Assembly: GCA_964016885.1 (NCBI GenBank)
Contig: OZ024743.1
Coordinates: 139,066,001-139,130,000 of the forward strand
Direction of reading: 5' to 3'
Origin: Eledone cirrhosa
Lineage: Eukaryota
DNA length: 64,000 nucleotides
Shown here: piece by piece, positions 59,143-64,000 of the stretch
How the letters are laid out: each line of letters opens with the position of its first letter
Position numbering within the stretch: position 1 is the stretch's first letter
Translations under genes and position numbers: made by a program
Notes under the pieces: generated by a model
What the model was told of the DNA's origin: nothing
Seen by the model: the letters and a program-made list of their open reading frames with translations, nothing else
Databases searched by the model: none

Positions 59143-62100
59143 TTTGGGGCTTGGTGTTCGGTGCTTGGTGCCTGGTGCTTGGGGCTTGGTGTTTGGTGTT
59201 TGGTGCTTGGTGCTTGGTGTTTGATGTTGGGTCCTTGGTGCTTGGTGCTTGGTGTTTGTTGCTTGGTGTTTGGTGCTTGGTGCTTGATGTTTGGTGTTTG
59301 GTTCTTGGTGCTTGGTGTTTGGTGTTTGGTGTTTGGTGCTTGGTGCTTGGTGCTTGGTGTTTGGTGCTTGGTGCATGGTGCTTGGTGCTGTGTGCTTGGT
59401 GTTTGGTGTTTGGTGCTTGGTGCCTGGTGCTTGTTGTTTGGTGTTTGGTGCTTAATGCTTGGTGTTTGGTGTTTGGTGCTTGGTGCTTGGTGGCTGGTGT
59501 TTGGTGCTTGGTGTTTGGAGTTTGCTGCTTGGTGCTTGGTGCCTGGTGTTTCGTGCTTGGTGCTTGGTGCTTGGTGTTTCGTGTTTGGTGCTTGGTGTTT
59601 GGTGCTTGGTGCTTGGTGCTTGGTGCTTGGTGTTTGGTGCTTGGTGTTTGATGCTGCGTGCTTGGTGTTTGGTGTTTGGTGCTTGGTGCTTGGTGTTTGG
59701 TGTTTGGAGCTTGGTGCCTGGTGCTTGTTGTTTGGTGTTTGGTGCTTGGTGCTTGGTGATTGGTTTTTGGTGCTTGGTGCTTGGTGCTTGGTATCTGGTG
59801 TTTGGTGCTTGATGTTTGGTGTTTGGTGCTTGCTGCTTGGCGCTTGGTGTTTGGTGTTTGGTGCTTGGTGCTTGGTGTTTGGTGCTTGGTGTTTGTTGTT
59901 TTGTGTTTGGTGTTTGGTGTTTGGTACCTGGTGCTTGGTGCTTGGTGCTTGTTGTTTGGTGCTTGGTGCTTGGTGATTAGTGTTTGGTGCTTGGTGCTTG
60001 CGGTTTGGTGTTTGGTGCTTGGGGTTTGGTGTTTGCTGCTTGGTGCTTGGTGTTTGGTGCTTTGTGCTTGGTGCTTGGTGTTTGGTGCTTGGTGCTTGGA
60101 GTTTGGTGCTTGGTGCTTGGTGTTTGGTGTTTGGCATTTGCTGTTTGCTGTTTGCTTTTTGGTGTTTGCTGTTTGCTGTTTGCTGTTTGGTGTTTGCTGT
60201 TTGGTGCTTGAAGTTTGGTGCTTGGTGCTTGGCGTTTGGTGTTTGGTGTTTGGTGCTTGGTGCTTGGTGTTTGGTGCTTGGTGCTTGGTGCTGGGTGTTT
60301 GGTGCTTGGTGCTTGGTGTTTGGTGCTTGGTGCTTGTTGCTTGGTGTTTGGTTCTTGGTGCTTGGTGCTTGGGTTTTGGTGTTTGGTGCTTGCTGTTTGG
60401 TGCTTGCTCTTTGGTGCTTGGTGCTTGGTGATTCGTGTTTGGTGATTGGTGCTTGGGGTTTGGTGTTTGGTGCATGGTGTTTGGTGCTTGGTGCTTGCTG
60501 TTTGGTGTTTGGTGTTTGGTTTTGGTGCTTGGTGTTTGATGTTTGGTGTTTGGTGCTTGGTTCTTGGTGTTTGGTGCTGCGTGCTTGGTGTTTGGTGTTT
60601 GGTGCTTGGTGCCTGGTGCTTGTTGTTTGGTGTTTGGTGCTTAGTGCTTGGTGTTTGGTGTTTGGTGCTTGGTGGCTGGTGCTTGGTGCTTGGTGTTTCG
60701 TGCTTGGGGCTTGGTGCTTGGTGTTTGGTGTTTGGTGCTTGGTGTTTGGTGTTTGGTACTTGGTGCTTGGTGCTTGGTGCTTGGTGTTTGGTGCTTGGTG
60801 TTTGATGCTGCGTGCTTGATGTTTGGTGTTTGGTGCTTGGTACTTGGTGCTTGGTGTTTGGTGTTTGGTGCTTGGTGTTTGGTGTTTGGTGTTTGATGCT
60901 TGGTGTTTGCTGCTTGGTGCTTGGTGCTTGGTGTTTTGTGTTTGGTGCTTGGTACTTGGTGATTAGTGTTTGGTGCTTGGTGCTTGCGGTTTGGTGTTTG
61001 GTGCTTGGGGTTTGGTGTTTGGTGCTTGGTGCTTGCTGCTTGGTGCTTGGTGTTTGGTGCTTGGTGCTTGGTGTTTGGTGTTTGGTGCTTGGGGTTTGGT
61101 GTTTGGTGCTTGGTGCTTGGAGTTTGGTGCTTGGTGCTTGGTGTTTGGAGTTTGGTGCTTGGTGCTTGGTGCCTGGTGCTTGTTGTTTGGTGTTTGGTGC
61201 TTAGTGGTTGGTGTTTGGTGTTTGGTGCTTGATGCTTGGTGGCTGGTGTTTGGTGCTTGGTGTTTGGAGTTTGGTGTTTGGTGCTTGGTGCCTGGTGTTT
61301 CGTGCTTGGTGCTTGGTGCTTGGTGTCTGGTGTTTGGTGCTTGGTGTTTGGTGTTTGGTACTTGGTGCTTGGTGCTTGGTGCTTGGTGTTTGGTGCTTGG
61401 TGTTTGATGCTGCGTGCTTGGTGTTTGGTGTTTGGTGCTTGGTGCTTGGTGTTTGGTATTTGGAGCTTGGTGCCTGGTGCTTGTTGTTTGGTGTTTTGTG
61501 CTTGGTGCTTGGTGTTTGGTGTTTGGCGTTTGGTGCTTGGTGCTTGGTATCTGGTTTTTGGTGCTTGATGTTTGGTGTTTGGTGCTTGGTGCTTGGTGCT
61601 TGGTGTTTGGTGTTTGGTGCTTGGTGCTTGTTGTTTGGTGCTTGGTGCTTGGTGATTAGTGTTTGGTGCTTGGTGCTTGCGGTTTGGTGTTTGGTGCTTG
61701 GGGTTTGGTATTTGGTGCTTGGTGCTTGGTGTTTGGTGCTTGGTGCTTGGTGCTTGGTGTTTGGTGCTTGGTGCTTGGTGTTTGGTGCTTGGTGCTTGGT
61801 GTTTGGTGTTTGGCGTTTGCTGTTTGCTGTTTGGTGTTTGGTGTTTGCTGTTTGGTGTTTTCTGCTTGGTGTTTGGTGCTTGCTGTTTGGTGCTTGGTGT
61901 TTGGTGTTTGGTGCTTGGTGCTTGGTGTTTGGTGCTTGGTGCTTGGTGCAGGGTGTTTGGTGCTTGGTGCTTGGTGTTTGGTGCTTGGTGCTTGGTGCCT
62001 GTTGTTTGGTCCTTGGTGCTTGGTGCTTGGTGCTTGGTGCTTGCTGTTTGGTGTTTGGTGTTTGGTTCTTGGTGCTTGGTGTTTGGTGTTTGGTGTTTGG

Positions 62101-64000
62101 TGCTTGGTGCTTGGTGCTTGGTGTTTGGTGCTTGGTGCTTGGTGATTAGTGTTTGGTGATTGGTGCTTGGGGTTTGGTGTTTGGTGCTTGGTGTTTGGTG
62201 CTTGGTGCTTGCTGTTTGGTGTTTGGTGTTTGGTTCTTGGTGCTTGGTGTTTGGTGTTTGGTGTTTGGTGCTTGGTGCTTGGTGCTTGGTGTTTGGTGCT
62301 TGGTGCTTGGTGCTTGGTGTTTGGTGCTGCGTGCTTGGTGTTTGGTGTTTGGTGCTTGGTGCCTGGGGCTTGTTGTTTGGTGTTTGGTGCTTAGTGCTTG
62401 GTGTTTGGTGTTTGGTGCTTGGTGCTTGGTGGCTGGTGCTTGGTGCTTGGTGTTTGGAGTTTGGTGCTTGGTGCTTGGTGCCTCGTGTTTCGTGCTTGGT
62501 GCTTGGTGCTTGGTGTTTGGTGTTTGGTGTTTGGTGTTTGGTGTTTGGTACTTGGTGCTTGGTGCTTGGTGTTTGGTGCTTGGTGTTTGGTGATTGGTGC
62601 TTGGTGCTTGGTGCTTGGTGCTTGGTGTTAGGTGTTTGGTCCTTGGTGCTTGTTGTTTGGTGTTTTGTGCTTGGTGCTTGGCGTTTGGTTTTTGGCGCTA
62701 GGGGCTTGGTGCTTGATGCTTGGTGTTTGGTGCTTGGTGCGTGGGACTTAGTGTTTGGTGTTTGGTGTTTGGTGTTTGGTGCTTGGTGTTTGGTGCTTGG
62801 TGCTTGGTGTTTGGTGTTTGGTGCTTAGTGCTTGGGGCTTGGTGTTTGGTGCTTGGTGTTTGGTGTTTGGTGCTTGGTGCTTGGTGTTTGGCGCTTGGTG
62901 CTTGGTGCTTGGTGTTTGGTGCTTGGTGCTTGGTGCTTGGTGCTTGGTGATTAGTGTTTGGTGCTTGGTGCTTGGTGCCTGGTGCTTGGTGCTTGGTGCT
63001 TGTTGTTTGGTGCTTGGTGTTTGGTGCTTGGTGTTTGGTGCTTGGTGCTTGGTGTTTGGTGTTTGGTGCTTGGGGCTTGGTCTTTGGTGCTTAGTGTTTG
63101 GTGCTTGGTGTTTGGTGCTTGGTGCTTGGTGCTTGGTGTTTGGTGTTTGGTGTTTGGTGCTTGGTGTTTGGTGCTTGGTGCTTGGTGCTGGGTGGTTGGT
63201 GTTTGGTGTTTGGTGCTTGGTGCTTCGTGCTTATTGTTTGGTGCTTGGTGCTTGGTGCTTGGTGCTTGGTCTTTGGTGCTTGGTGTTTGGTGTTTGGTAC
63301 TTGGTGCCTGGTGTTTGGCGCTTGGTGCTTGGTGCTTGGTGTTTGGTGCTTGGTGTTTGGTGCTTGGTGATTAGTGTTTGGTGCTTGGTGCTTGGTGCCT
63401 GGTGCTTGGTGCTTGGTGCTTGATGTTTGGTGCTTGGTGCTTGGTGATTAGTGTTTGGTGCTTGGTGCTTTGGGTTTGGTGTTTGGTGCTTGGGGTTTGG
63501 TGTTTGGTGCTTGGTGCTTGGTGTTTGGTGCTTGGTGCTTGGTGTTTGGTGCTTGGTGCTTTGTGTTTGGTGCTTGGTGTTTGGTGCTTGGTGCTTGGTG
63601 CTTGGTTCTTGGTGTTAGGTGTTTGGTGCTTGGTGATTGGTGTTTGATGTTAGGTTCTTGGTGCTTGGTGTTTAGTGCTTGCTGCTTGGTGCTTGGTGTT
63701 TTGTGTTTGGAGTTTGGTGCTTGGTGTTTGGTGCTTCGGTCTTGGTGTTTGGTGTTTGGTGCTTGGTGCCTGGGGCTTGTTGTTTGGTGTTTGGTGCTTA
63801 GTGCTTGGTGTTTGGTGTTTGGTGCTTGGTGCTTGGTGGCTGGTGCTTGGTGCTTGGTGTTTGCAGTTTGGTGCTTGGTGCTTGGTGCCTGGTGTTTCGT
63901 GCTTGGTGCTTGGTGCTTGGTGTTTGGTGTTTGGTGCTTGGTGTTTGGTGTTTGGTACTTGGTGCTTGGTGCTTGGTGTTTGGTGCTTGGTGTTTGGTGC

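Larger units (their letters stand above)
1..64000 (+). repeat. Heptamer tandem satellite (TTGGTGY)n, ~9,100 units, G/T-rich strand on +, running off both window edges
   Basis: Every line parses into TTGGTGC/TTGGTGT units with scattered variants (TTGCTGY, TTGTTGT, TTGATGY, TTCGTGY, TTAGTGY, CTGGTGY, TTGGTAC, TTGGGGC). No non-repeat interruption or inverted block was seen. All three + frames translate to the same 7-aa period, as expected for a 7-nt unit. Confidence 0.99.

Noticed and set aside
58499-60475. Minus-strand ORFs such as the 658-aa TKHQAPS-repeat protein (mucin- or CTD-like heptad appearance)
   Set aside because: They are the reverse complement of the same satellite. The ATG starts come from sporadic CAT variants, and there is no signal peptide, unique domain or codon-position bias.
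122-63647. Hundreds of + strand ORFs resembling hydrophobic W/C/L/V-rich membrane proteins (longest 10175..12586 and 17715..20189)
   Set aside because: They overlap in all three frames with the same periodic peptide, mostly start at TTG/GTG within the repeat, and contain no non-repetitive domain. They are a mathematical consequence of a stop-free 7-mer.
1-64000. CRISPR array or other repeat-spacer system
   Set aside because: There are no unique spacers and no 23-50 bp constant repeat. Variation is limited to point changes within heptamers, and no cas genes are present.
1-64000. Canonical telomere tract (TTAGGG, TTTAGGG or TTAGG)
   Set aside because: TTAGG occurs only as an isolated variant (GTGTTAGGTG) and never in tandem. 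Near-exact kilobase duplication of variant patterns is not what fresh telomerase synthesis produces.
1-64000. Bacterial heptamer repeats such as cyanobacterial STRR elements
   Set aside because: Those are short intergenic or intragenic tracts next to genes. A gene-free array of at least 64 kb with layered duplications does not fit, although taxonomy cannot be established from the window.
1-64000. Whole window as a sequencing or low-complexity artefact
   Set aside because: Rare multi-base variants recur in the same order at consistent kilobase offsets, and the indel accounting closes exactly, which random error would not produce. Only the copy number of individual blocks remains uncertain.

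Overview
The whole 64 kb window is one uninterrupted, single-orientation simple-sequence satellite built from a 7-bp unit, TTGGTGY (TTGGTGC and TTGGTGT interspersed; RCACCAA on the minus strand), about 9,100 units in total (64,000/7). The + strand is almost all G/T and nearly lacks A. I found no unique sequence, gene, RNA gene, transposon or CRISPR array. All ORFs in the track are artefacts of translating a stop-free heptamer (WCLV[L/F]G[A/V] on +, TKHQ[A/T]P[N/S] on -). The real structure lies in the variant units, which act as barcodes and reveal nested higher-order duplications: 70 bp, 189 bp, ~588 bp, ~1.0 kb, ~1.5 kb, ~2.1 kb, 2,470 bp, ~3.2-3.4 kb (arranged as a ~6.5 kb A-B-A-B dimer), ~6.8 kb and 7,540 bp. 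Copies range from apparently identical to clearly diverged. This is most consistent with eukaryotic heterochromatic (centromeric, subtelomeric or telomere-like) satellite DNA that grew by recombination. The organism and chromosomal location cannot be determined from the window. Coordinates were read by eye and boundaries are approximate.
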